64,000 nt of DNA from Eubacteriales bacterium (lineage in GTDB: Bacteria; Bacillota; Clostridia; Oscillospirales; CAG-272). The translations under genes were made by a program, and so were the position numbers. The stretch covers positions 2,208-66,207 of the forward strand of contig JBGVHJ010000130.1 in assembly GCA_045122255.1 (NCBI GenBank), read 5' to 3'. Under the pieces are notes generated by a model. The model was not told the DNA's origin and ran no database searches. It was given only the letters and a program-made list of their open reading frames with translations. Shown here one piece after another: positions 16,048 to 24,825 of this stretch. The number at the start of each line of letters is the position of its first letter. The first letter of the stretch is position 1.

Positions 16048-16072
16048 AAAATATCACATAACTCTCGTTATG
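16048..16072. repeat. Right arm of the perfect 25-bp inverted repeat (AAAATATCACATAACTCTCGTTATG)
   Basis: It is the exact reverse complement of 15795..15819 and lies 35 nt from the stop codon of the tyrosine recombinase gene. Confidence 0.95.
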
Positions 16073-16106
16073 CAAATTTCGTCTCGGTGCGCAGCATCGG
16101 GACTTT

Positions 16107-16946
16107 TTATATGATCAGCCGCATATGCTCCATCCTTTTTCTGTGCTCCGCGCCGGTTGTGACGATATAGATGCGTGTCGTGTTGATGCTTGCATGCCCG
16201 AGAATATCCGCAAGCTTGGCGATATCCTTATCCATACGGTAAAATGTCCTTGCAAACAGGTGCCTCAGATTATGTGGAAAGACCTTGCTTTCGGGCACGT
16301 TTGCCTGAAGGCAGAGCGCCTTCATATCCTTCCAGATACTGTTTCTGCTGACGGGTCTTCCACTTCTTGTGACAAATACCGGACCCGAAACGATCCCGCG
16401 AGCCTTAACGTATCGGAGCAGCTTTTTCTTCAGCTTAGGCACAATAAAAATACGTCTGTTTTTCCCCTTGCAGTTTACCGTCGCTTCCCCACTTCGCAAA
16501 GCTTCCACGGTGATATATTCCAGCTCGCTCACGCGTATACCCGTACCGCAGATCGTTTGTATAATAAGATTAAGGCGCTCATTATGCCTTGCATTCGCCG
16601 CCCCGATCAGTCTGATATACTCCGTGCGAGTCAGCTCCCTATCCTCCGAGCAGTAAGCTTCCCTTTGAACTCTGAATTGCTTGACACAGAGATCGTGCCA
16701 TCCGCAAAACCTAAAAAAGCAATTCATCGCCGCTATCATTGAGTTCGCACTTGCCACCGCGTACGTCTCTCCGAGCTTGCTTTTGTAGTCAAGTATACTC
16801 CGCTTGTCGATCTCCTCACTCTGAACAAATTTTGAAAAACGCTTTACGTCACGCACATATTTCTCGACCGTTGCGCGGCTTCTTTCTTCGTTTATCAAAT
16901 AAATTTCAAATTCCTGTATTTTTTGCGATGATAATTTTCTTCTCAT
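16107..16946 (-). CDS. Tyrosine site-specific recombinase (XerC/D-integrase family; candidate invertase)
   Basis: It has an N-terminal SAM-like core-binding domain and the catalytic residues in GTGIRVSEL (R), HNLRHLFA (HxxR) and LGHASINTTRIY (H..Y). An RBS GAAGGGGA is present. Confidence 0.88.
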   Translation of the reverse strand: MRRKLSSQKIQEFEIYLINEERSRATVEKYVRDVKRFSKFVQSEEIDKRSILDYKSKLGETYAVASANSMIAAMNCFFRFCGWHDLCVKQFRVQREAYCSEDRELTRTEYIRLIGAANARHNERLNLIIQTICGTGIRVSELEYITVEALRSGEATVNCKGKNRRIFIVPKLKKKLLRYVKARGIVSGPVFVTRSGRPVSRNSIWKDMKALCLQANVPESKVFPHNLRHLFARTFYRMDKDIAKLADILGHASINTTRIYIVTTGAEHRKRMEHMRLII

Positions 16947-16977
16947 ATTATTTCCCCTTCATAGAACTGTCCCATTA

Positions 16978-17007
16978 ATTATAACAAAATTCCGTTCGAT
17001 TATTCAA
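16978..17007 (-). promoter_or_regulatory. Candidate promoter of the recombinase gene (TTGAAT-18-TGTTATAAT)
   Basis: On the minus strand, TTGAAT is at 17007..17002 and TATAAT at 16983..16978, preceded by TGT. Confidence 0.45.
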
Positions 17008-17057
17008 AAACTCAGCAACTTCAAGGCTTTGATCATTTATATATACGTCACAAATTA

Positions 17058-17099
17058 CAAAAGCGCAAGGCATCCAAAGAGAAAGCCTTGCGCTTTTTT
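17058..17099 (-). terminator. Intrinsic terminator after the endonuclease I-family gene
   Basis: AAAGCGCAAGGC..GCCUUGCGCUUU is a 12-bp stem with flanking T/A runs on both strands. Confidence 0.75.
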
Positions 17100-17152
17100 A
17101 TCACTGCACGTCGGCACACCGACGAATGCAAAAATACAATTTTTTAATCCAT

Positions 17153-19285
17153 TTATTCTGTCAGGACGTATATTACCACGTCGAGCTGCTGCGAGCCCTC
17201 TGCATAGCACGAAAACAGTGAGCTGGTTTTGTTATATTTAATAAGATTTCTGCTATACGAGCCTTGCGATTTGATCACCGCAGTGCCGTCGGAATTGACC
17301 GTAATGCTCCAGCTTCCGTTGGCATCAAGCGTCGCCTTTGTTCTGAGATAATTATTACTTGAGCTTGCCGCATACAGATACCCGGTGCCGTCTATGTTAA
17401 AAGCAAAGGTGCCGCTAACGGCTCCCGATTCCAACGTAATGATCTGAACCGCTTGAGACGGAGCTGCGAGGCGGTCATCTTCCCTTTCTATCGCGGTCTG
17501 TCCTCGGTTGTTTCCGTTCTGAGTGGTACTCATAGCAAAGCTATGATCCCTCGCGGCAATGATTATCCGATCACCGACCGAAAGCTGAGACACATCCGTA
17601 ACAAGCCTCCAAACGGGCTCGGTCGGCTCATCCTCTTCCCCGAGGTCGATGGCGGTTATCACCGTGTGTCCTTTTATCTGCAGGTCTCTTATCTCTTCAT
17701 CCGTATAAATATTTGTACTCGTGACACCGTCAACGGTCTCTCTGACCTCCCAAGCGAGGTTCTCACTATCCGACAAATCTATGTCAGGGGCAATATTTTT
17801 CAGAGGAGCGTCATTAATTTTATAGAGATCGGAGGCGGTCACTCCGTCAATAGTTCCGTTGGTAACTCTGACAAGGTATTCAGTTCCGATATTGCTTTCC
17901 TTCACTCCGTTAAGGACTACGTCCGCCTTTTTCGCATAATCGATCAAGGTATTATGCATGTGCTTCTCGGCAGGTGTCGTATTGGTTGAGACATAGAGTC
18001 GCGTGTAAACGTATTCGAGCACGCTATAGGTCTCCGTAACGTCTCCCACGGTGACGGTTATACGCTTCCCGATATTTTGCAGAGGCATGCCTTGTTCCGA
18101 TATCCATACCGGATATCCGTACACTGTTAATTGCTTCCCGTTCTCAACAAACGGTTTAATTTTCAATTGAATGTAGTTATTTTCACCATCAAAGCAGAAA
18201 ACCGAGGGCTTTTCGGGCGAAGCAAACATGAATTTAAGCGTGTCGCCGTAATAAATATTGTTGTAAAACGGTCTTTCGGTTTCAGGGAATTCAGGCGTGG
18301 GAGCATCGGGAATTTCTGCTCCTTCGCCACCTTCGTTACCCCCTTCTCCGCCACCCTGAGGAGGTGTGGGCAGCTCCCCGTCAAGGGCAGAAAGCGAGGG
18401 AGTTATCATGCCTTCAGGGACCTCTTTTTCATAAAGAAGCCAAGCAAGCTCGGGGTAGTCGATAAATACGTTTCGGTTGCCCTGAATGTTCTGGACCACC
18501 TCGTTTCTTCCCATTTCCCAGGTATCAACGGGGTCAAGCTCGCACCATTCAAGGAGAACGTCTACGCTTTGGAACACCTCGGTGATGCTGTCAGCACCCC
18601 AATCTTCGCCCCAGCGCACGTAAACGTAAAGGCATATTCTTGCAACGTCGCCCTTGACGTTATCAAGCGGCTCGAAATAATTAGAATTGTAGGTTCCACC
18701 AAGCACTCCTACAGCGGGATTGCTTCCGTACTTTTCACTCGGAGAATTTCCCGATTCGCCGTATTTTTTATTACTTCGGGAGCTATTCACCCCCGCGTCG
18801 GACGGGCGAACATGATGCAAGTCCGCTCCACCACCCGTGGTGTTGCCGCCGCCGAGGCTTTGAGGCCAAACGTGTTCCCTGTTCCAACCGTTCCACTGAT
18901 CCATAGTCGCCTGATAGGATGTGTAAAGCAGGGTCACCTTGCCATTGCCATTTTCGCAGTCGGTCACGTCCGCTTTATAGTGACAGTCATCGTAAGAGGA
19001 CACCTTTGAATGAGTATCTGTCATAAGAGAGTGAAGGGAGCTCTTCAACACGCTTGAAGACAACGTGATCAAAGTGTCAAAGGAATAGCTTCCAGTATAA
19101 TAGGAATATGCGCTCGTTCCGTCCAAGGAGGTGCACCACACGCCGCGCGTGCCGGAGTTGTATTCCTTCGAATAGGTCTGCACTTGAGCGGCGTCCGCCC
19201 ACATCGGAAGGTGAAATGCTGTAAAAATAACGCTCACGAATATTAAGAGTGCCGCAATTTTTGTTGCCATTCTTTTCGGTCGCAT
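17153..19285 (-). CDS. Secreted endonuclease I-family nuclease with a long C-terminal extension
   Basis: The motifs NREHVWPQSLGG, DLHHVRPSDAGVNSSRSNKKYG, KGDVARICLYV and GNRNVFIDYPELA match the Endonuclease_1 (EndA/Vvn/Bsn-like) pattern. The signal peptide is MATKIAALLIFVSVIFTAF. The start is set at ATG 19285 with an AGGAG RBS. The C-terminal domain (WRLVTDVSQLSVGDRIIIAA..WSITVNSDGTAVIK) is homologous to a domain in 19601..22414. Confidence 0.85.
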   Translation of the reverse strand: MRPKRMATKIAALLIFVSVIFTAFHLPMWADAAQVQTYSKEYNSGTRGVWCTSLDGTSAYSYYTGSYSFDTLITLSSSVLKSSLHSLMTDTHSKVSSYDDCHYKADVTDCENGNGKVTLLYTSYQATMDQWNGWNREHVWPQSLGGGNTTGGGADLHHVRPSDAGVNSSRSNKKYGESGNSPSEKYGSNPAVGVLGGTYNSNYFEPLDNVKGDVARICLYVYVRWGEDWGADSITEVFQSVDVLLEWCELDPVDTWEMGRNEVVQNIQGNRNVFIDYPELAWLLYEKEVPEGMITPSLSALDGELPTPPQGGGEGGNEGGEGAEIPDAPTPEFPETERPFYNNIYYGDTLKFMFASPEKPSVFCFDGENNYIQLKIKPFVENGKQLTVYGYPVWISEQGMPLQNIGKRITVTVGDVTETYSVLEYVYTRLYVSTNTTPAEKHMHNTLIDYAKKADVVLNGVKESNIGTEYLVRVTNGTIDGVTASDLYKINDAPLKNIAPDIDLSDSENLAWEVRETVDGVTSTNIYTDEEIRDLQIKGHTVITAIDLGEEDEPTEPVWRLVTDVSQLSVGDRIIIAARDHSFAMSTTQNGNNRGQTAIEREDDRLAAPSQAVQIITLESGAVSGTFAFNIDGTGYLYAASSSNNYLRTKATLDANGSWSITVNSDGTAVIKSQGSYSRNLIKYNKTSSLFSCYAEGSQQLDVVIYVLTE

Positions 19286-19600
19286 ACAAAATCTCCTTTT
19301 TATGTTTTTAAAGATAAAATCGTCTTCAAAAACAGTATAACACATAAAAAGTGGAAAGTAAAGTAATTTTTTTATTTTTATGTGTTGCCTGCGCAAAAAT
19401 CAGCATCAGCATTATTTCTCGCTTTTGCTTTAGTTTTTGGCACATTTTGAGCAATGCGATCTTATTTTGCAAAATAAACAAAATTATGTCCAAAAAACCC
19501 TGAAAATTTACTCGTTTTTCGTCGATTTTGCCAATTTACTTATATATTGGCTTATGTTATAATGATGCTTGTGGAAAAAACACAGAAAGGAAGAGAAAAC

Positions 19601-22414
19601 ATGAAACGTTTCCATTTAGCAGCTCTGTTTGCGATCATACTCGCAGTTGTCATCTTCTTGCCTTCCTGCGGCAATACCGAGACACCTGTGGTACCTGACG
19701 ATACAGAGTCCACAATCAACAGCGAGGTTCCCGAGGAGCCCGATAACAAGGAATCCGACGAAACCAGCGAAAATGCTTCCGAAGAAACAAGCTCTGAGGC
19801 ATCAACAGAAACAACCGAAAACACTACCGAGGAATCTTCCGAGGAGACCACCGAGGACGTAGCGTCTTCCGAGGAGACCACCGAGGAAACCACCGAGGAG
19901 ACCACCGAGGGTCACACTCACAACTACGAGGCTGTAGTAACCGCTCCTACTTGCACCGAGGCAGGTTACACCACCTACACCTGCGAGTGCGGCGACACCT
20001 ACAAGGGTGACGAGGTTGCGGCAAAGGGTCACACCTTCATCGACAGCAAGTGTGCTTGCGGCGAAGAGTACGTTGCAGTTCCCAGCGGCGACTGGATACT
20101 CGTAACCGAGCTCAAGGACGGCGACCGAGTTCTTATCGGCGCTCCCGCTTACGGCAAGCTTCTCTCCGCTCTCAAGGTTTCTGCAGGCTCCTTCTACAAC
20201 AAGGGCGTTGATTATTCCGCAGACAACTTTGCAAACGTAACCGACGACGAGATCTTCGTTGTTACCGTTAACGATGACGGCACCTACACCTTCACCGCAG
20301 TAACCGGCGACGTTCTCGCTCTTGCTGCAAGCTATTCCTCTCTTAACAAGGACGGCGAGCACAAGTCATGGGCACTCACCGACAGAAACGACGGAACATT
20401 CCTTTTGAAGAATACCGGACGTAACCTCTATCTTGAGTGGTACAACTCCAAGGGTAACTGGAGCACCTACTCCGCAGGTAACACCGCTGAGTACTACCTC
20501 TCCTTCTACGTAAAGAATGAAAACGCAGGCGCAGAGCACGTTCACAACCACATCACCAAGGTTGTAGCTCCTACCTGCACCGTTGACGGCTACACCGAGT
20601 ACACCTGTGCTTGTGGCGACACCTACAAGGCAGACGAGGTTAAGGCTTCCGGCACTCACAGCTATACGCCCGAAGTAACCGCTCCCACCTGCACCGAGGC
20701 AGGCTACACCACCTACACCTGCTCTTGCGGTGATAGCTACAAGGCAGACGAGGTTGTAGCAAAGGGCCACACCTTCGTTGAAGGTAAGTGCGAGTGCGGC
20801 GAAAAGGATCCCGATTACAAGCCTCCCGTCCCCGGCGGCGTGGCTGATTTTGACGCCATCGTGCTTCCCTCCACCAAGCCCAACGGCGACTCCTCCTACA
20901 CCGCAACTTACACTTCTCCCAACGGCTGGATCACAGCTAACTCTGCAATTCAGTGCGGAGGTCCCGCAGGATGCTCCAATCCTCAGTACGTTGTTGTAGG
21001 TCCCGACAACACCCACAAGGCAGTATGCCTTAACGGTAAGACAACCGCTCCCGGTAAGATCACATCCCCCACTCTCAATACCGGTATTTCCAAGCTCACT
21101 ATTCAGTACACCAAGATATTCACAGATACCGATCTTTCCGTAACCGTTACCATTACCGATGCGGCAGGTAACAAATACACTCACGTTATCGAAAAGCTTG
21201 GTATGGACAAGAACGAGAAATACGTTGTTTATACTGACGAATGGGTTCTCGAAACTCCCGTTTCCGGCGAATTCACCATCGAGATCGTAAACAACTGCCC
21301 TACCGGTCAAACCGGCAACAAGGACCGCTTCACCATTCTCGATCTTTCTTGGGAAGGCGTTCACACTCACAATTACACCGCAACCACCACCGCAACCTGC
21401 ACCGCTGCAGGTGTTACCACCTACACCTGTGAGTGCGGTGACACCTACACCGAGGATACAGCAGCGCTCGGTCACGTTGACGCAAACCTCGACGTCGAGT
21501 GCGACAGAGAGGGCTGCACCAGCAAGGTAGCTCCCAAGGCTGACTCCGTTCTTTCTACATATACCGCTAACTGCGTAGGCTCCAAGGTTTCTGTTTCCAG
21601 CTCCTACTACGTCGTTGGTACTATCGTTGAGGTTCTTGACCAGAAGAACGGTATCTTCCTCATCGACGACGGCACAGGCGAAAAGTTCTATTTCAGACTT
21701 CCCAAGAATGCCGATGGCGTTTCTCACGCAAGCTGGGAGATCAAGCTCGTGCTTGGCGATAAGGTTCAGGTTTACGGCAAGATCAACAAGTACAACTCCA
21801 ACACAGCTCCTAACGGTCAGTACTGGCCCGCAATGCAGTCTCCCGTTGCAACTCTTCTTGAGCAGCACACCCACGACTTCACCTTCAGCCCCGCAGATTG
21901 CTCCGAGCCCGCTCGTTGCGCTTGCGGACAGGGTACCGGTGAGCCTCGCGGTTGCATCGACGAAAACTCCGACAGCATTTGTGACGATTGCGGAAAGAAT
22001 ACCAAGTACAGCTATGAGTACGTTGAGATCAGAACCGATAACGGTAGCGGAGTTCATGATGCTACCGCACTGACCTACACCTGGAGCAGCGATAACTTCA
22101 GTGTGCAGGTAGCTAAGGCTGCCGGCGGTAACCTTTACGTTACCTCCAAGGATCACATGAGAGTTTATAAGAGTAATAACATCATTCTTACCAACAAGAA
22201 CGGTCTCGCTGTCAAGACGGTAACCGTTCATCTCACCAACGAAACTCAGATAGCTAACTTCGAAAAGTTCCTCACCGGATACACCTACACCACCGACGCC
22301 GAGAAATTTACGATCACATTTGAGGTAAGCGCATTTGAAGCTCTTACTCTCACCAACCCCAGCACCGGTTCCACCACCCAGATCAAGGGATTCGAGTTCG
22401 GCTACGAGAAGTAA
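19601..22414 (+). CDS. Large surface lipoprotein: acidic linker, four Cys-rich repeats, a domain shared with the nuclease, and an OB-fold-like module
   Basis: The lipobox is FLPSCG. The linker is E/T/S-rich. Four copies of about 40 aa match APTCT[EV][AD]GYT[TE]YTC.CGD[ST]YK. WILVTELKDGDRVLIGA..WALTDRNDGTFLLK is homologous to the nuclease C-terminus. The OB-like segment is YYVVGTIVEVLDQKNGIFLIDDGTGEKFYF..GDKVQVYGKINKYN. Confidence 0.8.
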   Translation: MKRFHLAALFAIILAVVIFLPSCGNTETPVVPDDTESTINSEVPEEPDNKESDETSENASEETSSEASTETTENTTEESSEETTEDVASSEETTEETTEETTEGHTHNYEAVVTAPTCTEAGYTTYTCECGDTYKGDEVAAKGHTFIDSKCACGEEYVAVPSGDWILVTELKDGDRVLIGAPAYGKLLSALKVSAGSFYNKGVDYSADNFANVTDDEIFVVTVNDDGTYTFTAVTGDVLALAASYSSLNKDGEHKSWALTDRNDGTFLLKNTGRNLYLEWYNSKGNWSTYSAGNTAEYYLSFYVKNENAGAEHVHNHITKVVAPTCTVDGYTEYTCACGDTYKADEVKASGTHSYTPEVTAPTCTEAGYTTYTCSCGDSYKADEVVAKGHTFVEGKCECGEKDPDYKPPVPGGVADFDAIVLPSTKPNGDSSYTATYTSPNGWITANSAIQCGGPAGCSNPQYVVVGPDNTHKAVCLNGKTTAPGKITSPTLNTGISKLTIQYTKIFTDTDLSVTVTITDAAGNKYTHVIEKLGMDKNEKYVVYTDEWVLETPVSGEFTIEIVNNCPTGQTGNKDRFTILDLSWEGVHTHNYTATTTATCTAAGVTTYTCECGDTYTEDTAALGHVDANLDVECDREGCTSKVAPKADSVLSTYTANCVGSKVSVSSSYYVVGTIVEVLDQKNGIFLIDDGTGEKFYFRLPKNADGVSHASWEIKLVLGDKVQVYGKINKYNSNTAPNGQYWPAMQSPVATLLEQHTHDFTFSPADCSEPARCACGQGTGEPRGCIDENSDSICDDCGKNTKYSYEYVEIRTDNGSGVHDATALTYTWSSDNFSVQVAKAAGGNLYVTSKDHMRVYKSNNIILTNKNGLAVKTVTVHLTNETQIANFEKFLTGYTYTTDAEKFTITFEVSAFEALTLTNPSTGSTTQIKGFEFGYEK

Positions 22415-22467
22415 TTCAACCGTTTAGCATTTAACACAGCGTTATACTAACGCCAAATAACTAAAAA

Positions 22468-22540
22468 GAGCATATCCGAAAAGCTCGACAATGCCAATTT
22501 GCAGGAGCATTGTCGAAGGATTCGGGTATGCTCGTTTTTG
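22468..22540 (+). terminator. Long stem-loop terminator after 19601..22414
   Basis: GAGCAUAUCCGAA..(inner CUCGACAAUGC/GCAUUGUCGA)..UUCGGGUAUGCUC is followed by GUUUUUGUUUG. Confidence 0.7.
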
Positions 22541-22812
22541 TTTGTGCCATTTTTTGCCCGCCGCCTCCCGTGCAGGCTCAAAACAAGGACAATTATTAGC
22601 CAAACATTGGAATTGAATACGGCAGCGCTTGGATATCAAGAAAATTATTTCATATTTAATTATTAAACATGCACAAATACAGGCGGCAAATTTGGACAAA
22701 TCGCCAAAAAAACGATTTTTCTCGAAAAAATTCAAAAAAATAGTTTCAATTTTTACAATTGTGTGGTATAATATATTAGTTGTAAGTATTATTTTGAGAA
22801 AGGAGAAAAAAC

Positions 22813-23664
22813 ATGATCAAGGACATTCAAAAAGCAGGCATGTGGAAGCGTATTTCCGCCGCTCTGTTGGATATCGTCGTGCTCATAATCATAGCCGAGG
22901 CATTCATTTTGCTTTTTTCATGGATGACCGGATTCAGTGACCATCTCAAGAAATACGACGCCTTGGAAAATGAGCTTGCAGACATAGCCGAGGAGTATTA
23001 CAAGGAATACGGCGTGGACGTCGAGCTCATAGCCAATACCGAGGAGTTCGGCAAGCTTTCAAAGGAAGAACAGGACGCTTACAAGGTCATTGTTGAAGCC
23101 GCAGACAAGGCATTTAAAAAAGACTCAAAGGTCATGGAGATATACTACGAGCAGAATGACGTTCTTTCTGACATCATCAGCCGCTTACTGATCGTTATAA
23201 CCTTCCCGATCCTCATTTCCTTCACAATACTTGAATTCGTGATACCTCTCATATTCAAAAACGGTCAGACACTTGGCAAAAAGGCTTTCGGTATAGCCGT
23301 TATGCGAGTCGACGGCATAAAGGTCACCCCCTTTATGATGTTTGCCAGAGGCATTCTCGGAAAGTGCACCTTCGGATTACTGGTCCCCATATATCTCATT
23401 ATTATGGTGATCTTCAGCATACTCGACATCAGGCTTGGAGCAATAGTTCTCCTTGCAATACTGATCGCTCAGATAGTTATTCTTTTCGCAACGAAAAATC
23501 GCACCCCCATCCACGATATGCTGGCTCAGACCGTAACCGTGGATATGTCCTCGCAGATGATATTCGACACTCCCGAGGAGAGAGACGAGTATTACAACAG
23601 GATCACCTCGGAAAGCGCCGCCGATTTCGGTCGCAGCTTCCACGACACAACGGTGTCAAAATAA
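22813..23664 (+). CDS. RDD family membrane protein
   Basis: It has multiple TM segments and the GQTLGKKAFGIAVMRVDG motif typical of RDD domains. A GGAGAAAAAAC RBS is present, and the promoter region has a TGGTATAAT extended -10. Confidence 0.75.
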   Translation: MIKDIQKAGMWKRISAALLDIVVLIIIAEAFILLFSWMTGFSDHLKKYDALENELADIAEEYYKEYGVDVELIANTEEFGKLSKEEQDAYKVIVEAADKAFKKDSKVMEIYYEQNDVLSDIISRLLIVITFPILISFTILEFVIPLIFKNGQTLGKKAFGIAVMRVDGIKVTPFMMFARGILGKCTFGLLVPIYLIIMVIFSILDIRLGAIVLLAILIAQIVILFATKNRTPIHDMLAQTVTVDMSSQMIFDTPEERDEYYNRITSESAADFGRSFHDTTVSK

Positions 23665-23724
23665 ATTCGGTTCCAATTAAATTTTGAACATAAAAAGCAA
23701 CAATACAGGAAGGATGACAAGCAA

Positions 23725-24825
23725 ATGAAAGTTGTATTGGAAAATCTAACCAAAGTCTTCCCCTCGAGAAACAAGAAGTCGGGTGAGGAAGTAGTTGCGG
23801 TAAGCAACTTCACCTTTGAGATCCCCGACGGAAAGCTGATCGGTCTTCTCGGCCCCTCCGGTTGTGGAAAGAGTACCACTCTTTACATGATCAGCGGACT
23901 TCAGAAGCCCTCGGGCGGTAAGATCTTTTTCGGAGACGATGACGTTACCGATCTCTCTCCCGAAAACAGAGGCATCGGTCTGGTGTTCCAAAACTATGCA
24001 CTCTACCCCCATCTGACGGTCAAGCAGAACATCATGTTCCCGCTTCAGAACCTCAGAGGAGCTGACAAGCTCTCAAAGAGCGAGATGATCGAGCGCGCTT
24101 ATCAGGCGGCTAAGCTCGTTCAGATCGACAACCTTATGGAAAGAAAGCCCTCCGAGCTCTCCGGCGGTCAGCAGCAGAGAGTTGCTATCGCGCGTGCTCT
24201 TGTAAAGATGCCTAAGGTGCTTCTTCTCGACGAGCCTCTTTCCAACCTGGACGCACGTCTCCGTCTCCAGACCAGAGAAGAGATCCGCCGCATCCAGAAG
24301 GAGACCGGTATCACCACCATTTTCGTAACCCACGACCAGGAAGAGGCAATGTCCATTTCCGATATGATCGTAGTTATGAAGCTGGGTGTAGTTCAGCAGA
24401 CCGGTAAGCCCCAGGACATCTACGATGATCCTACCAACCTCTTCGTTGCAAAGTTCCTCGGAACTCCTCCTATCAACGTATTTGAGGGACTCGTTGAGGG
24501 CGGAAAGCTTTACATCGGTGAGAACGCGGTTTTCGACGTTCCCGGTGCAGACGATCAGGCTGTATACGTTGGTATCCGTCCCGAAGGCTTCATTCCCGAC
24601 GAAAACGGTCCCCTCGTATGTAACCTCAACAATATCGAGGTCATGGGAAGAGACGTCAGCGTAGTTTCTACTCACGAAGCGTCTGTTAATCCCATCGTCC
24701 GCTCGATCATCAACTCCGACGTCAAGATCGAGACCGCGGAGACTATAAGCTACACATTGAAGCCTCACAAGGTATTCCTCTTCAACAAAGAAACAGAAGA
24801 AAGAGTTTATTTTGAGGTGAAGTAA
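23725..24825 (+). CDS. ABC transporter ATP-binding protein, MalK/UgpC/MsmX type (CUT1)
   Basis: It has Walker A (GPSGCGKST), the Q-loop, the signature LSGGQQQRVAIARAL, Walker B (LLLDEPLSNLDA) and a C-terminal MalK-like regulatory/TOBE region. Confidence 0.92.
   Translation: MKVVLENLTKVFPSRNKKSGEEVVAVSNFTFEIPDGKLIGLLGPSGCGKSTTLYMISGLQKPSGGKIFFGDDDVTDLSPENRGIGLVFQNYALYPHLTVKQNIMFPLQNLRGADKLSKSEMIERAYQAAKLVQIDNLMERKPSELSGGQQQRVAIARALVKMPKVLLLDEPLSNLDARLRLQTREEIRRIQKETGITTIFVTHDQEEAMSISDMIVVMKLGVVQQTGKPQDIYDDPTNLFVAKFLGTPPINVFEGLVEGGKLYIGENAVFDVPGADDQAVYVGIRPEGFIPDENGPLVCNLNNIEVMGRDVSVVSTHEASVNPIVRSIINSDVKIETAETISYTLKPHKVFLFNKETEERVYFEVK

Larger units (their letters stand above)
15795..16072. 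promoter_or_regulatory. Candidate invertible promoter element (inverton): 228-bp AT-rich segment bounded by the 25-bp inverted repeats
   Basis: The architecture is recombinase gene, then IR, then a promoter-bearing segment, then IR, then a 5' UTR and a surface-protein operon. All parts are read from the sequence. Inversion itself is an inference. Confidence 0.6.

Noticed and set aside
16107-16946. Tyrosine recombinase as a prophage or ICE integrase marking a mobile element
   Set aside because: No phage, conjugation or transposition genes, no tRNA target and no direct repeats are adjacent. The small size (279 aa, Xer-like) and the flanking 25-bp inverted repeats fit an invertase better.
19690-19910. 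Repetitive E/T/S-coding DNA (GAGGAGACCACC-type units) and similar acidic linkers after every lipobox in the locus
   Set aside because: These are ordinary low-complexity linker regions of Gram-positive lipoproteins, not CRISPR-like or regulatory repeats. The periodicity is in-frame and imperfect.
20366-22231. 621-aa minus-strand ORF, with the 186-aa ORF at 19802..20362
   Set aside because: They are antisense shadows of the 19601..22414 lipoprotein gene. They have a Gly/Val/Ala-rich composition typical of the reverse frame of T/E/Y-rich coding sequence.
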